Positions 25,445 to 35,253 of a stretch of 64,000 bases of DNA are shown in pieces. Positions within the stretch are counted from its first letter, which is position 1; the number at the start of each line of letters is the position of its first letter. Below the pieces are notes generated by a model. That model was not told where the DNA came from and made no database searches. It saw only the letters and a program-made list of their open reading frames with translations. The position numbers and the translations under genes were made by a program. Source of the DNA: Oscillospiraceae bacterium (lineage in GTDB: Bacteria; Bacillota; Clostridia; Oscillospirales; Ruminococcaceae); NCBI GenBank assembly GCA_021199355.1, contig JAJQIF010000016.1, forward strand, positions 10,230 through 74,229, read 5' to 3'.

Positions 25445-26147
25445 TTTTGCTCCGCCTTTCCTTAAGCTCTCTGAATACGTCGTCGCATTCTTCGCGAATG
25501 TTCAGATCCGCAACCCTGTCGAAGGCTGTGTGCCCCGGGTTAATCTGGACTATGGTGGCGTCGCTCCGTCTGTGGTTCCAATAAACGCCGCCATAGTAGC
25601 CGTTGGTGCCGATTACTATAATCAGGTCGGCTTTTGAAATCCAGTTCTGCGCGTCCTTGACGCCTTCGTCCCACAGCCCGATGTGGCTGTAGAGCTCCCA
25701 CGGGAGAATCGTCCCGCCGCAGGAATCGCACTTGGGGAGTTCATCCTTGTTCCATATCTCATAGCCGTCAAAGTGCTTGCCGCAATCCGAACAGCGGTTA
25801 ATCTGGAAGCTTCCCTGAATCTCGGCGACGTTCTGTGAGCCTGCGATGGTGTGCATGCAGTCCTCGTTCGTCGTGATGACACCTATGAGCTTGCCTTCGC
25901 GTTCAAGATCCGCCAAGGCATAATGACTCAGGCTCGGCTTATAGTGGTGCATGGTTTTGACATAGGACTTAAGAAACGATTCGCTTTCAAAACCTCCGGG
26001 GCGAAGATTGCGGGAGAGCTGACTGTAGGTCACTCCTCCGCCGGAAATCGAGATTCCCGCACCCGTGATTGCGACTATACCGCTACTGTTGTCTACATAT
26101 TCCGCAAATTTCTGTATCTTGTCGTCGAAGCCCGATTTAGAGAACAT
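25437..26147 (-). CDS. SIR2-family (sirtuin-like) protein B, catalytic His replaced by Gln
   Basis: TGAGISISGG, TTNEDCMHTIAGS, AEIQGSF (canonical xxxHGS), Zn-ribbon CSDCG..CDSCGG, IGTNG, VQINP. Confidence 0.7.
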   Translation of the reverse strand: MFSKSGFDDKIQKFAEYVDNSSGIVAITGAGISISGGGVTYSQLSRNLRPGGFESESFLKSYVKTMHHYKPSLSHYALADLEREGKLIGVITTNEDCMHTIAGSQNVAEIQGSFQINRCSDCGKHFDGYEIWNKDELPKCDSCGGTILPWELYSHIGLWDEGVKDAQNWISKADLIIVIGTNGYYGGVYWNHRRSDATIVQINPGHTAFDRVADLNIREECDDVFRELKERRSKNA

Positions 26148-26886
26148 TTTCGCACTTCTCCCATCCGTCCATCACTTCGCCAAGAACCTCTGCGGCGTCG
26201 GCGTGGATATTCCAGTCGGCAACGCTGTCAAGCGGAGTTTCCGAAGGATTAATCTGGACGAGCTTTGTATCCTTTCTCATCTTCTTGAGATACTCGTCGC
26301 TTCTGAACCCTGTTGTGCCGATGATAATGACCAAATCCGCCTCGGAAATCATCTCCTGCGCTTTCTTCATGCTTTCTTTGGAAACCTGCTCAGATATCTT
26401 GTTTTCCCTGCAGAAGGTTGTCGGCATCAGCGGTGAACCGCACTTTTCGCAGGTGGGTGTGTGCCCGTGATTCCAGATTTTATAATTAAGGTATCTTGCG
26501 CCGCAGTCCACGCAGATGTTGTCCCCGAAGCTTCCCTGAAACTCGACGACGTTCTTTGAACCGGCAATCGTATGCAGGCAGTCCATGTTCTGGGTGACTA
26601 TCCCATAGAGCAAGCCGTGCTTTTCGAGGGTCGCAAGCTGTTTGTGAACCTCGCTCGGACCCTTTTCGAAGGTGGCATCCAAAAATGATGTCTTGACTAT
26701 TTTATAGAAATCATCCGGGTTGCTTCTTACGAACGAAGGGGAGAGCACCTGCCTTGAATTCATGAGCCCGACGCTCTGCTTAAGGCGTCTCATCCCGTAC
26801 AAATAGGAGATGCCGGCACCCGTTACCGCGACTGTTTTGCCGCTTTGTTCCATATATTCTCTTAGCTGACTTGATTCGTATCTCAT
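26137..26886 (-). CDS. SIR2-family (sirtuin-like) protein A, catalytic His replaced by Gln
   Basis: TGAGISYLYG, TQNMDCLHTIAGS, VEFQGSF, CVDCG..CEKCGS, IGTTG, VQINP. 11-nt overlap with the next gene. Confidence 0.7.
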   Translation of the reverse strand: MRYESSQLREYMEQSGKTVAVTGAGISYLYGMRRLKQSVGLMNSRQVLSPSFVRSNPDDFYKIVKTSFLDATFEKGPSEVHKQLATLEKHGLLYGIVTQNMDCLHTIAGSKNVVEFQGSFGDNICVDCGARYLNYKIWNHGHTPTCEKCGSPLMPTTFCRENKISEQVSKESMKKAQEMISEADLVIIIGTTGFRSDEYLKKMRKDTKLVQINPSETPLDSVADWNIHADAAEVLGEVMDGWEKCENVL

Positions 26887-26916
26887 AAATTCATCTCCAT
26901 ATTTTTATAAATGCAG

Positions 26917-26962
26917 TTACAAACACCGACCCACCAAATCGTTGCTTCTTCGGTGGGTGGTG
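26917..26962 (-). terminator. Terminator after the nitroreductase operon
   Basis: Minus strand CACCACCCACC...GGTGGGTCGGTG followed by TTTGTAA. Confidence 0.55.
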
Positions 26963-27004
26963 CTTTATCTATATGTGACTTTGTGGAGGTACCAACGATT
27001 GCAG

Positions 27005-27697
27005 TTACTTCCAGGTGAAGTTTTCCTTTCCCGCACCGAGCTCGAAGAAATATTTGCTGATTCCGAGGTCTGCTTTTGAGAACGAGCCCTCGGGAACGGT
27101 CATCGAAACTTCGTTGCCGGTGCCTTTGATTGTGAACTCCTGACGGTTCATGCCCGTCGGAGCCAGTAGAGCCGCTTCAACTCCCGCCTTGAACCAGTCG
27201 GGGGCTTCGCCTTCATAGGAAGAAACTTCGCTTGCGGGCTTTGACTTGTGAGGAACGCCCTGCTCCATTCCGTAGCCGACGGCTACAACTCCAATAATTT
27301 TCGCATTTTCCGGAGCGTCAGAATTCTTTCTTGCGTTCTTCTTGCTGTACATTCCGCCTATCCACCAGGTGTTCAAGCCAAGTGTCTGGGCATACAGCAT
27401 AAGGTCGGCACTGACATATCCGAGCACCTCGTCGGTCGACGCCTTGTCGGGACCGGCTAAAATCATATAGTTCAGGACGTTCTTCGACATAGTCGCAGCC
27501 ATGATTCCGGGCATTGCCTCCTTGTTGTTCAGGACAAGCCGGATGTTCAAGGCATATTTTTTGTTGTTCTCCCCGATTCTTTCGTTGAGCTTTTCGACAA
27601 TGTCCGAAGAGAGCTTATCAGTCTTGTACTTGCGGACGGTGTGCCGTTCGCTCATCGCCTTCTTCATTGCCTCCTGTGTGACTTCATAAGTTGCCAT
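27005..27697 (-). CDS. Nitroreductase family protein
   Basis: 230 aa; RHTVRKY N-terminal motif and overall nitroreductase-fold pattern. Confidence 0.7.
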   Translation of the reverse strand: MATYEVTQEAMKKAMSERHTVRKYKTDKLSSDIVEKLNERIGENNKKYALNIRLVLNNKEAMPGIMAATMSKNVLNYMILAGPDKASTDEVLGYVSADLMLYAQTLGLNTWWIGGMYSKKNARKNSDAPENAKIIGVVAVGYGMEQGVPHKSKPASEVSSYEGEAPDWFKAGVEAALLAPTGMNRQEFTIKGTGNEVSMTVPEGSFSKADLGISKYFFELGAGKENFTWK

Positions 27698-27730
27698 AGT
27701 AGTGCCTCCTTGCTTTTTTAACAGTTCAGA

Positions 27731-28261
27731 TCAGATGTAGTTGGTGCTGAGTGAGACAGTCAGGTCTCTCGACTCTGCTTCACCGCTCAGGCTATAGCCG
27801 ATTGCGGCGGCGGAAACAGGTCTGAAGCCTTCCGGAATGCCTATCTTCGCACACATGTCCTTGTTTCTTGCAAGACCCTGAACAGGTCCCCAGAGATAGA
27901 TATTTCCAAGTCCCGCGTCAGTTGCGGCAATCAACATATTCTCGATGACGCAAGCGGAGTTGGCATATTCAATTCCCGGTGCCATTTGTTCCTCTGAAGC
28001 GGAAACGAAGACAACGACCGGTGCTCCATAGAAGAAGTCTCTTGCCGGCATCTTCATAGCTGCGGCGGTGGACTGGTTGATTTCTTCGAGAATCTCACGG
28101 CTCTTGCATACTGTCAGGTGAAGAGAATCTCTCTTGCCTCCGCCGACCGGAGCCTGACAACCCGCCTTGACGATTTCGTCGATAACCTCGTCCGGAACAG
28201 CCTTTGTGGGGTCAAAGTCCCTTGTTGACTTTCTTTTTGCGATTGCTTCCGATGTTTGCAT
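27731..28261 (-). CDS. Nitroreductase family protein
   Basis: 176 aa; KRKSTRDF motif, small NfnB/FRase-like fold. Confidence 0.75.
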   Translation of the reverse strand: MQTSEAIAKRKSTRDFDPTKAVPDEVIDEIVKAGCQAPVGGGKRDSLHLTVCKSREILEEINQSTAAAMKMPARDFFYGAPVVVFVSASEEQMAPGIEYANSACVIENMLIAATDAGLGNIYLWGPVQGLARNKDMCAKIGIPEGFRPVSAAAIGYSLSGEAESRDLTVSLSTNYI

Positions 28262-28284
28262 AAAAATTCCTCCTTAAAAATATA

Positions 28285-28620
28285 TCAGGTTTCTTCATCC
28301 TGCTTGTGTATCCACACCCGGAAGGTTGTCACATATGGACAATCCTCCGGAAGCGTGGTATTAAACAGCGCCGTGTACAAAGTCAGTTTTCCGCAGTGGT
28401 TGCACTTCTTGAATCGTTCCTCATACACACGGCACAGATTCGTCTGGGTGTCAAGATATTCGCAGGGGTTGTCATAATGAATCCTCACCTTGCCGTCGGA
28501 GCCGATTGAGCGGGTGTAACAGCATTTTCCGCAACGGGTGCACAGGGAATCCCAGTCCTTTCGCCACTTAAGCCATTCCTTGAATACGCTTATGGCATAT
28601 CCGCCAGCCGAGTCACTCAT
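28285..28620 (-). CDS. YkgJ-family cysteine-cluster (CxxCxxCC) protein
   Basis: CTRCGKCCYTR ... CEYL ... CRVY ... CNHCG pattern. Confidence 0.7.
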   Translation of the reverse strand: MSDSAGGYAISVFKEWLKWRKDWDSLCTRCGKCCYTRSIGSDGKVRIHYDNPCEYLDTQTNLCRVYEERFKKCNHCGKLTLYTALFNTTLPEDCPYVTTFRVWIHKQDEET

Positions 28621-28662
28621 ACATCCGCTCTCCTCTCCGACAAAATTACGGGAAGATTTGTC

Positions 28663-28754
28663 TTGACATTATCCAACAACCTGTTGTATAATATATATTA
28701 TACTCAGCTTGGAGGTATTATCAACCCCCAATTTTTCCGGAACTGTCGGATAAT
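28663..28754. promoter_or_regulatory. Divergent promoter/operator module B (TetR gene on +; ykgJ-nitroreductase operon on -)
   Basis: + strand: TTGACA(28663)-18-TATAAT(28687). - strand: TTGATA-16-TATAAT (28724-28697). Shared operator ACAACCTGTTGT at 28676-28687. Homologous to module A. Confidence 0.6.
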
Positions 28755-28773
28755 TAAGAAGAGGCGATTTTAG

Positions 28774-29343
28774 ATGAAAAAACAACCGGAAATCACAGAT
28801 AGAACAAGGCAAAAGTTTGTTGACTCCTTTTGGGCTCTGGCAAAGGAAAAGCCGGTTTCAAAGATTGCGGTGAGCGAGCTGACGCGACGTGCCGGCTACA
28901 ACCGCAGTACCTTCTATGAGTACTTTTTGGACACCGACGATTTATTGTCCTACGTCGAGGACAAGCTTATCGGTGAGGTCAAGGCAGTGGCTCAGAAATC
29001 CATGTCAGATGAGAAACCGCCAACGGAATTCTTCCGGATGGTATTTACCGCTATGAATGAGGAGATTTATATTCTCTTGGGTCCGAACGGGGACTCGAGC
29101 TTTTTGTCGAGGGTCAGAGCCGAACTGATTCCTCTCGCTTCGCAGTACATCCCCGTCCGTCCGGACTCAGAGAACTTCGACTATCTCGTCGCATTCGTCA
29201 ACTCCGCCATGTTTGGGCTCCTGGAGCGTTGGCATGAAAATAATAAGGACATCAGCCCGGAGGAAATCAGCGACCTGATGCAGAATCTGGTGTCCAGCGG
29301 CGTCAGGGGGTATATTGAGGGGAAGGGTACACTGAACGGATAA
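28774..29343 (+). CDS. TetR/AcrR family transcriptional regulator
   Basis: 189 aa with an N-terminal HTH, VSKIAVSELTRRAGYNRSTFYEYF. Confidence 0.85.
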   Translation: MKKQPEITDRTRQKFVDSFWALAKEKPVSKIAVSELTRRAGYNRSTFYEYFLDTDDLLSYVEDKLIGEVKAVAQKSMSDEKPPTEFFRMVFTAMNEEIYILLGPNGDSSFLSRVRAELIPLASQYIPVRPDSENFDYLVAFVNSAMFGLLERWHENNKDISPEEISDLMQNLVSSGVRGYIEGKGTLNG

Positions 29344-29449
29344 GCCGCTTTGGACGTTTTGCCAACCTGCAAGAATTATATTTAAGAAAAGCCCCGATTG
29401 CTTTCTTGTTCGAAAACAATCAGGACTTTTTATTTCTGCAAGGCAAATC

Positions 29450-30565
29450 TCAGGTATAGTATTGGTAAAGCCAGCACCTAATCATCCCATTATACAGCTT
29501 CCGCCGTTTATCGGCTTTTTTGCCGAAGAGGCGTTCGAATTCTTCGTGCGGGGAGATGATGTAGCAGGGGTGCTCCTTCGACGGGTCGAGAACCTGTCCC
29601 ATCACTTTATAGAGCTCCTCGGCTTCCTTGAGTTCGAGGAGGCGCTCGCCATAGGGCGGGTTGCAGACGGTGATGGTGCCGTCCTTCGGCTTGAAGCTTC
29701 GGATGTCGGCTTTCGCCGCCTTGATGTACTCCCCTACTCCCGCAAGCTTTGAGTTTTGTAGCGTAAGGTCAACCGCATGGTCGTCTATATCCGAGCCGGT
29801 GCCGGTGAAGCCGCCAACGAGGTACGCCTGCTCACGGGCGAGGTCACGCTCGGTCTTCCAGATGCTTTTGGGGACGCTTTCCCAGCTTTCGGCGGAGAAG
29901 TGGCGCATAAGCCCCGGGGCGATTCGCATCGACTTATATGCCGATTCGATAAGGAGCGTTCCGCTTCCGCACATCGGGTCGACAACCTGACTGCCCGTCT
30001 TGACACGGGCAAAGTCGGCGATTGCGGCGGCGAGGGTTTCCTTGATGGGCGCTTCGTTTGCCTCCTTGCGATACCCACGCTTGTGGAGACCGATTCCGGA
30101 GGTGTCGAGATAAATCGTGCACCTGTCCTTGTAGATATAAAACTGAATCTGGTGGAGGGCGCCCGTTTCCTCGAAGCGCTCGATGCCGTATTTCTTCGAC
30201 AGCCTTACGACTGCCGCTTTTTTTATTATCGACTGGCAATCGGGGATGCTGTGAAGCTGGGAATTGAGCGAGCTTCCCTTGACGGGGAAGCGGTCAAGCT
30301 TGCCGATGAAGTTCTCGAACGGCAGGGCTTTTACGCCTTGGAAGAGCTGTTCGAAGGTCTTCGCCTCGAAGCTTCCGAGCTCAATCATGACTCGCTCGGC
30401 GGTCGACAGCCTTATGTTCGCACGGGCTAACATATTTATGTCGCCGTCAAAGGAGATTCTTCCGTCGGAAACGGCGAGATTCTCTCCCCCAATTCTCTTA
30501 ATCTCAAAGGACAACACGCTTTCCACGCCGAAAAGGCAGGGACAGCAGTATCTTATCCCATCCAT
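29450..30565 (-). CDS. THUMP-domain class I SAM-dependent RNA methyltransferase (RlmL/YpsC-like)
   Basis: 371 aa; DPMCGSGT SAM motif, NPPYGERL motif IV. Confidence 0.8.
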   Translation of the reverse strand: MDGIRYCCPCLFGVESVLSFEIKRIGGENLAVSDGRISFDGDINMLARANIRLSTAERVMIELGSFEAKTFEQLFQGVKALPFENFIGKLDRFPVKGSSLNSQLHSIPDCQSIIKKAAVVRLSKKYGIERFEETGALHQIQFYIYKDRCTIYLDTSGIGLHKRGYRKEANEAPIKETLAAAIADFARVKTGSQVVDPMCGSGTLLIESAYKSMRIAPGLMRHFSAESWESVPKSIWKTERDLAREQAYLVGGFTGTGSDIDDHAVDLTLQNSKLAGVGEYIKAAKADIRSFKPKDGTITVCNPPYGERLLELKEAEELYKVMGQVLDPSKEHPCYIISPHEEFERLFGKKADKRRKLYNGMIRCWLYQYYT

Positions 30566-30607
30566 CAGAACACCTCAAATGCTAATTCAAATTTTGTCAC
30601 AGAGTAA

Positions 30608-30634
30608 GCGGGCGGATAATATCCGCCCCTACAA
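30608..30634. repeat. Palindromic intergenic repeat GCGGGCGGATAATATCCGCCCCTACAA (copy 1 of 3)
   Basis: Same unit recurs at 44307-44333 (inverted) and 44355-44380. Confidence 0.8.
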
Positions 30635-30637
30635 TTT

Positions 30638-32992
30638 TTAATAAAACTCTCTGAGTATCTCAGTTACATAAGTGTAGTTGTTGCCGGTCAGGGCGATGTA
30701 TTCGTTGACATCGATGCCGTCGGTGACTATGCACGCAGTAGAGCTCGAAGAGAGAGCCGAAAGGGTCTTGTCAAGCTCTGTTTCCTCGTGAACGCCCGAG
30801 CAGGTTGCCGGGATATTGGTCTTCTTGTAGTATCCCGTGGCGGTGCTTGTGCAGTTGCTTCCGGCGATAAGTCCCGTCTCGGTGCAGTATTCACGGGTTA
30901 CGACAGACGAGCATGTGTCGAATGTCGTAATCTCGCCTGCGTCGGCGATGTCCCCGAAGATGTTCTTCCACATGACAGCCGAACCGTAGCAGTTATCCGT
31001 ATCAATCTCCTCGGGAGTGTCATGACCAATCCAGAGACCCGTTACATATTCGGGAGTGCAACCGATGAACCAGAGGTCGCACCAGTCCTGAGTGGTACCG
31101 GTCTTAGCGATGAGCTCGACGTTGTCAAGCTTGGCGTTGCGGGCGGTTCCTCTTGAGGAAGAAACAACGCTCTCGAGCATTCTGTTCATGACATAAGCGG
31201 TCGATTCCTCGATGACCTGCTCGCCGGCATAGGCGTAGGTATAGATGGCGTTGCCGGAGCTGTCAAGGATTCGGGTGATGAACGTCGATTCATAATACTT
31301 TCCGCCGTTTCCGAAAATCTGGTATGCGGCGACCATATCCTGAAGCGTTACGCCGTCGGTAAGCGCACCAACCGACATAGGAGACCTCGCGACGTCCGTT
31401 AGTCCGTCCTCATAGAGCACCAGTGAACTCAGGTGGAGCTTATAGTACATGAACTCGAAGCATGCGCTCGGGCTCAGGAGCTCAACAAGCTGAGCCGCAC
31501 CTGTATTGAGCGAGCGTTGCAGGTTGTTCGCCACGGTGTTATATTCCTTCGACCACGACGACGTATAGGCGCCGCTCGTCGAGTAGTTTCTGGGCCAGAC
31601 GAGATAACCGTTGTCCGAGCTCGCATCTTCAATGAGAAGAGGCACATCCAAAAGGAGCGTCGACCAGGTTACGAGATCGTTCTCGATTGCAAGTGAATAG
31701 GACGAAAGCGGCTTGATTGACGAACCGGGCTGACGGGTCGACATGGTGGCGCGGTTCAAGCCCAAGGGGCTTTCCTTCTCGCCGATGCCGCCGACAACGG
31801 CAAGTACCTGTCCCGAGTAGTTCATGCAGATGAATGCACTCTGCGGGATGTCTTCATTTCCATCCTCCGAGAAGGTGTAGAGGTCTAAATATTTCTCCTC
31901 GAGCTCAATCTGGACATCGAGGTCGACACAGCAGTAAATCTTGTAGCCGCCGGAGCAGAGCTCGGTATAGGCTTCATCCCAGGTCTCATAGCCGTAGTAG
32001 CTCATGAAGTAGTCGACCGCCTGATAGATTACGGCATCGACATAGTAGGACGAAACATCGTCGAAGTTATCATAAGCCGAAAGCGACGATGTGTCTACTT
32101 CTTCTGACGAAGAAGAATTATAATCCATGCTTCCGACGAGATTCAGCTCTTCGTTGAGAGCCTCCTCATACTCCTCAGTCGAAATAGCTCCGTTTTCGAG
32201 CATCTGGTCAAGAATGTATTTCCGTCTTTCGTAGTTTTTTTCCGGGTGAGTTATCGGGTCGTTATTGTAAGGGCTCTTGGTAATAGCCGCTATACATGCC
32301 GACTCGGCAAGCGTGAGCTGGCTTACGTCCTTATTGAAGTAATAGTTCGCCGCCGCCTGAACGCCGTAGATATTGTTGTTAAGGGGGACCAAATTCAGGT
32401 ATGCCTCAAGGATATCGTCTTTTGAATAGTTCTTCTCAAGCTGAACCGCACGGTAAATCTCGCGGAGCTTTCTCTGGATGCCCTCGATGCCGTCTGCATC
32501 GTCATCGCCGGTTATCTGCTTGACCGTCTGCTGAGTGATGGACGAAGCGCCTCTGACGTCGCCTTTGATGAATATCTCCACAACCGCAGTTGCGATTCCA
32601 TAGAAGTCGACGCCGTCGTGGCTGTAGAATCTCTCGTCCTCGGAATAGACGAACGCGTCTCTTAAGTACTGGGGGATTTCCTCAAGGTCTGCCCAGATAC
32701 GCTTTTCGCCCTGACTCGACAGGGTGTCGTAAACAACCCATTCATCGCCCGATTGGGCATAGATATAAGTGGTATAGCTCGAAGAGATGTCGTCGAGGCT
32801 TATCTCCGAGGTGTCTTCCATCAGATTCACGACAAAAACGGTTGCCGCACATGCGACAATCATGACGGTTATAATCGCAATCATCAGGGCGCACAAAATG
32901 ACCGTTCCTATCGTCTTAAGAATAACTGCGAACGGCTTGGTCGCCTTCTTGAATCCTCTTTTGAATTTTTTCAGGTTGGAAGTTTTCTTCAC
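30638..32992 (-). CDS. Bifunctional class A penicillin-binding protein (PBP1A-type)
   Basis: 784 aa. N-terminal TM. GT51 motifs (EDERFYSHDGVD, ASSITQQ, RKLREI). Transpeptidase SIKP motif. Confidence 0.9.
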   Translation of the reverse strand: MKKTSNLKKFKRGFKKATKPFAVILKTIGTVILCALMIAIITVMIVACAATVFVVNLMEDTSEISLDDISSSYTTYIYAQSGDEWVVYDTLSSQGEKRIWADLEEIPQYLRDAFVYSEDERFYSHDGVDFYGIATAVVEIFIKGDVRGASSITQQTVKQITGDDDADGIEGIQRKLREIYRAVQLEKNYSKDDILEAYLNLVPLNNNIYGVQAAANYYFNKDVSQLTLAESACIAAITKSPYNNDPITHPEKNYERRKYILDQMLENGAISTEEYEEALNEELNLVGSMDYNSSSSEEVDTSSLSAYDNFDDVSSYYVDAVIYQAVDYFMSYYGYETWDEAYTELCSGGYKIYCCVDLDVQIELEEKYLDLYTFSEDGNEDIPQSAFICMNYSGQVLAVVGGIGEKESPLGLNRATMSTRQPGSSIKPLSSYSLAIENDLVTWSTLLLDVPLLIEDASSDNGYLVWPRNYSTSGAYTSSWSKEYNTVANNLQRSLNTGAAQLVELLSPSACFEFMYYKLHLSSLVLYEDGLTDVARSPMSVGALTDGVTLQDMVAAYQIFGNGGKYYESTFITRILDSSGNAIYTYAYAGEQVIEESTAYVMNRMLESVVSSSRGTARNAKLDNVELIAKTGTTQDWCDLWFIGCTPEYVTGLWIGHDTPEEIDTDNCYGSAVMWKNIFGDIADAGEITTFDTCSSVVTREYCTETGLIAGSNCTSTATGYYKKTNIPATCSGVHEETELDKTLSALSSSSTACIVTDGIDVNEYIALTGNNYTYVTEILREFY

Positions 32993-33222
32993 AGCACTTC
33001 TCCTCTCTTGAAACCTAACACGGGTGGTATTGTGAAGCTGTTACATGCTATTATAGCACAAATCTCGGCGGATGTTAAGAGGGTAAGGAAATTTGTAATG
33101 GATTTTTAATCTTTTCCGGTTAGATAAAATAAGAGGGGTAGCACAGGGCTACCCCGACTAATTTTTCACAGTTTATTCTGCCACTTGAGACGGGTTTAAG
33201 GTCTCCGTCCCGGCCGAATGTA

Positions 33223-35253
33223 TTATTCCTCAGTCTCAGCCTCTTCGGCTTCGTCCTCAGCGGGAGCGGTCTCCTTTGCGGGCTTGTATTCTCCCTTGGG
33301 GAGAAGAGCTCTGATGGAAAGGCTTACTCTCTTGTTAGCGATATCGCAATCGGTAATCTTTGCCTTGACTACGTCGCCGACAGCGAGGAAGTCAGCAACG
33401 TTTGCGACTCTCTGGTTGGCAATCTGGGAAATGTGGATAAGTCCGTCGATGCCGGGGATAATCTGAGCGAACGCTCCGAAGCCGGTGATTGAAACAATCT
33501 TTACTTCAACGGTCTGTCCGACAGAATAGTTCTTCTCGAAGATGACCCAAGGGTTGTCCTCGGTCTTCTTGTAGACGAGAGAAACCTTGCCGGTCTCCTT
33601 GTCGATGTCCTTGATGGTGACTTCGATGTGGTCGCCAACGGAAACAACGTCCGAAGGATGCTTGATTCTTGCCCATGTGAGATCCATTCTTCTTACGAGT
33701 CCGTCAACTCCGCCGACATCAACGAATACTCCGTAGTCGGTGATGGACTTGACTTCGCCCATAACGGTCTGTCCGACCTCTGCGGTCTCGAAGAATGCTT
33801 CTCTGCGCTGAGCTCTCTCTTCGGCGGTTACCTTCCTGATGGAGCCGACTGCTCTCTTTCTCTGCTCGTTGAGCTCGATAATCTTGAAACGAACTTCCTT
33901 CTTGAGAAGAGTGTCCATGGAATCAGCCGCTCTCACACCGGTCTGGGATGCGGGAACAAAGACTCTCATGCCGTTGCAGGTGACGATAACGCCGCCCTTG
34001 ATGATGTTGGTGACTGTGCCTGTGAGAACCTCGCCGCTCTCATAAGCCTTCTTGACGTCGTCATAGCCCTTCTGAGCATCTACCTGCTTCTTCGAAAGCA
34101 TTGCAATGCCCTCTACGTCGTTAAGCTTTGTGACGATTACGTCGATGGTGTCGCCGACCTTGACTACGTCCTCGGGCTTGGCGTTCGGGTCCGCCGAAAG
34201 CTCGGACAGAGGAATATATCCGGTATGCTTGGTGCCGATATCAACTATAACTTCAGTGCTGTTGACAGCTGTAACTACGCCGCTTACTCTCTTTCCGGTA
34301 TATATTTTCTTGAGGCTTTGTTCCATCGCTTCTTCGAAGTTGAACTCTTCCTCGTTTGACAAAATCTCAGTCATGTCTTTTTTTACCTCCTCAATGATAT
34401 ATGCCGGAGTTGATGCGCCGGCCGAAATCCCTACGGATTTCGCTTTAGAAAAATCAATGTCCTTGAGCTCTCGCGAATCTTCGATAAGAAAGCACCTTGA
34501 GTTAGCTGAGCAAATATCGTACAGCTTCTTCGTGTTTGAGCTGTTGCGCCCGCCAATAATCAGCATCGTATCACATTTGCGGGAAAGACTCTCCGCCTCC
34601 GACTGCCGTTTTTCGGTAGCCGTGCAGATGGTGTCGTAAACAGTGACATCTTCGGCGGAAAATTCCGAGATCGCCCTTATACACTGATTCCACATTACTA
34701 TATTATAAGTTGTTTGAGAAAGAATTGCAACACCTTTTTTTGATTTTTCACAATTCTTTCTAAGAAGCTTAACAAGCTCAACGCAATTCGGGAAGACTTT
34801 GGCACAACCTTCGCCCGAATTGTCGCAGACAGCGGAGCTTTCTGTCCAGCCGAGAATTCCCTGAACCTCCGGGTGCTCCCTGTCTCCGGCTATGAGCACG
34901 AGCTCGCCCTTAGCCGTTCGCTCCGCCACGAGCTTATGAATCTTCGTAACGAACGGGCATGTGGCGTCGACTATGTTTACTCCCCTGTCTTTAAGCTCGT
35001 CGAAGACAGCCCTGCCGACTCCGTGGGAGCGGATAATGACCGTGTCGCCCTCTTTGGCTTCGGACGGCGAATTTATCACGCCGATGCCCCGCTTCTCCAG
35101 ATCCGCAACAACCGACGGGTTATGGATAAGAGGACCGAGGGTGTAGATTTTTTTGCCCGTCTGCTTATCTGCTGTCTCGTAAGCGATTTTCACCGCTCTG
35201 TCCACTCCGAAGCAGAAGCCGGCGGTTTTCGCAACCGTAATGCTCTTATTCAT
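33223..35253 (-). CDS. ispH: Bifunctional IspH (HMBPP reductase) / ribosomal protein S1 fusion
   Basis: N-terminal AKTAGFCFGVDRAV IspH domain (~285 aa), followed by four S1 repeats. Confidence 0.9.
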   Translation of the reverse strand: MNKSITVAKTAGFCFGVDRAVKIAYETADKQTGKKIYTLGPLIHNPSVVADLEKRGIGVINSPSEAKEGDTVIIRSHGVGRAVFDELKDRGVNIVDATCPFVTKIHKLVAERTAKGELVLIAGDREHPEVQGILGWTESSAVCDNSGEGCAKVFPNCVELVKLLRKNCEKSKKGVAILSQTTYNIVMWNQCIRAISEFSAEDVTVYDTICTATEKRQSEAESLSRKCDTMLIIGGRNSSNTKKLYDICSANSRCFLIEDSRELKDIDFSKAKSVGISAGASTPAYIIEEVKKDMTEILSNEEEFNFEEAMEQSLKKIYTGKRVSGVVTAVNSTEVIVDIGTKHTGYIPLSELSADPNAKPEDVVKVGDTIDVIVTKLNDVEGIAMLSKKQVDAQKGYDDVKKAYESGEVLTGTVTNIIKGGVIVTCNGMRVFVPASQTGVRAADSMDTLLKKEVRFKIIELNEQRKRAVGSIRKVTAEERAQRREAFFETAEVGQTVMGEVKSITDYGVFVDVGGVDGLVRRMDLTWARIKHPSDVVSVGDHIEVTIKDIDKETGKVSLVYKKTEDNPWVIFEKNYSVGQTVEVKIVSITGFGAFAQIIPGIDGLIHISQIANQRVANVADFLAVGDVVKAKITDCDIANKRVSLSIRALLPKGEYKPAKETAPAEDEAEEAETEE

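Noticed and set aside
24464-26886. Interpreting the SIR2 genes as a Thoeris, DSR or SIR2-HerA-type antiphage system.
   Set aside because: The proteins are short, classical sirtuin-architecture proteins with Zn-ribbons. No TIR, SLOG, HerA or pAgo partner is adjacent. The macrodomain pairing fits an ADP-ribosylation cycle better.
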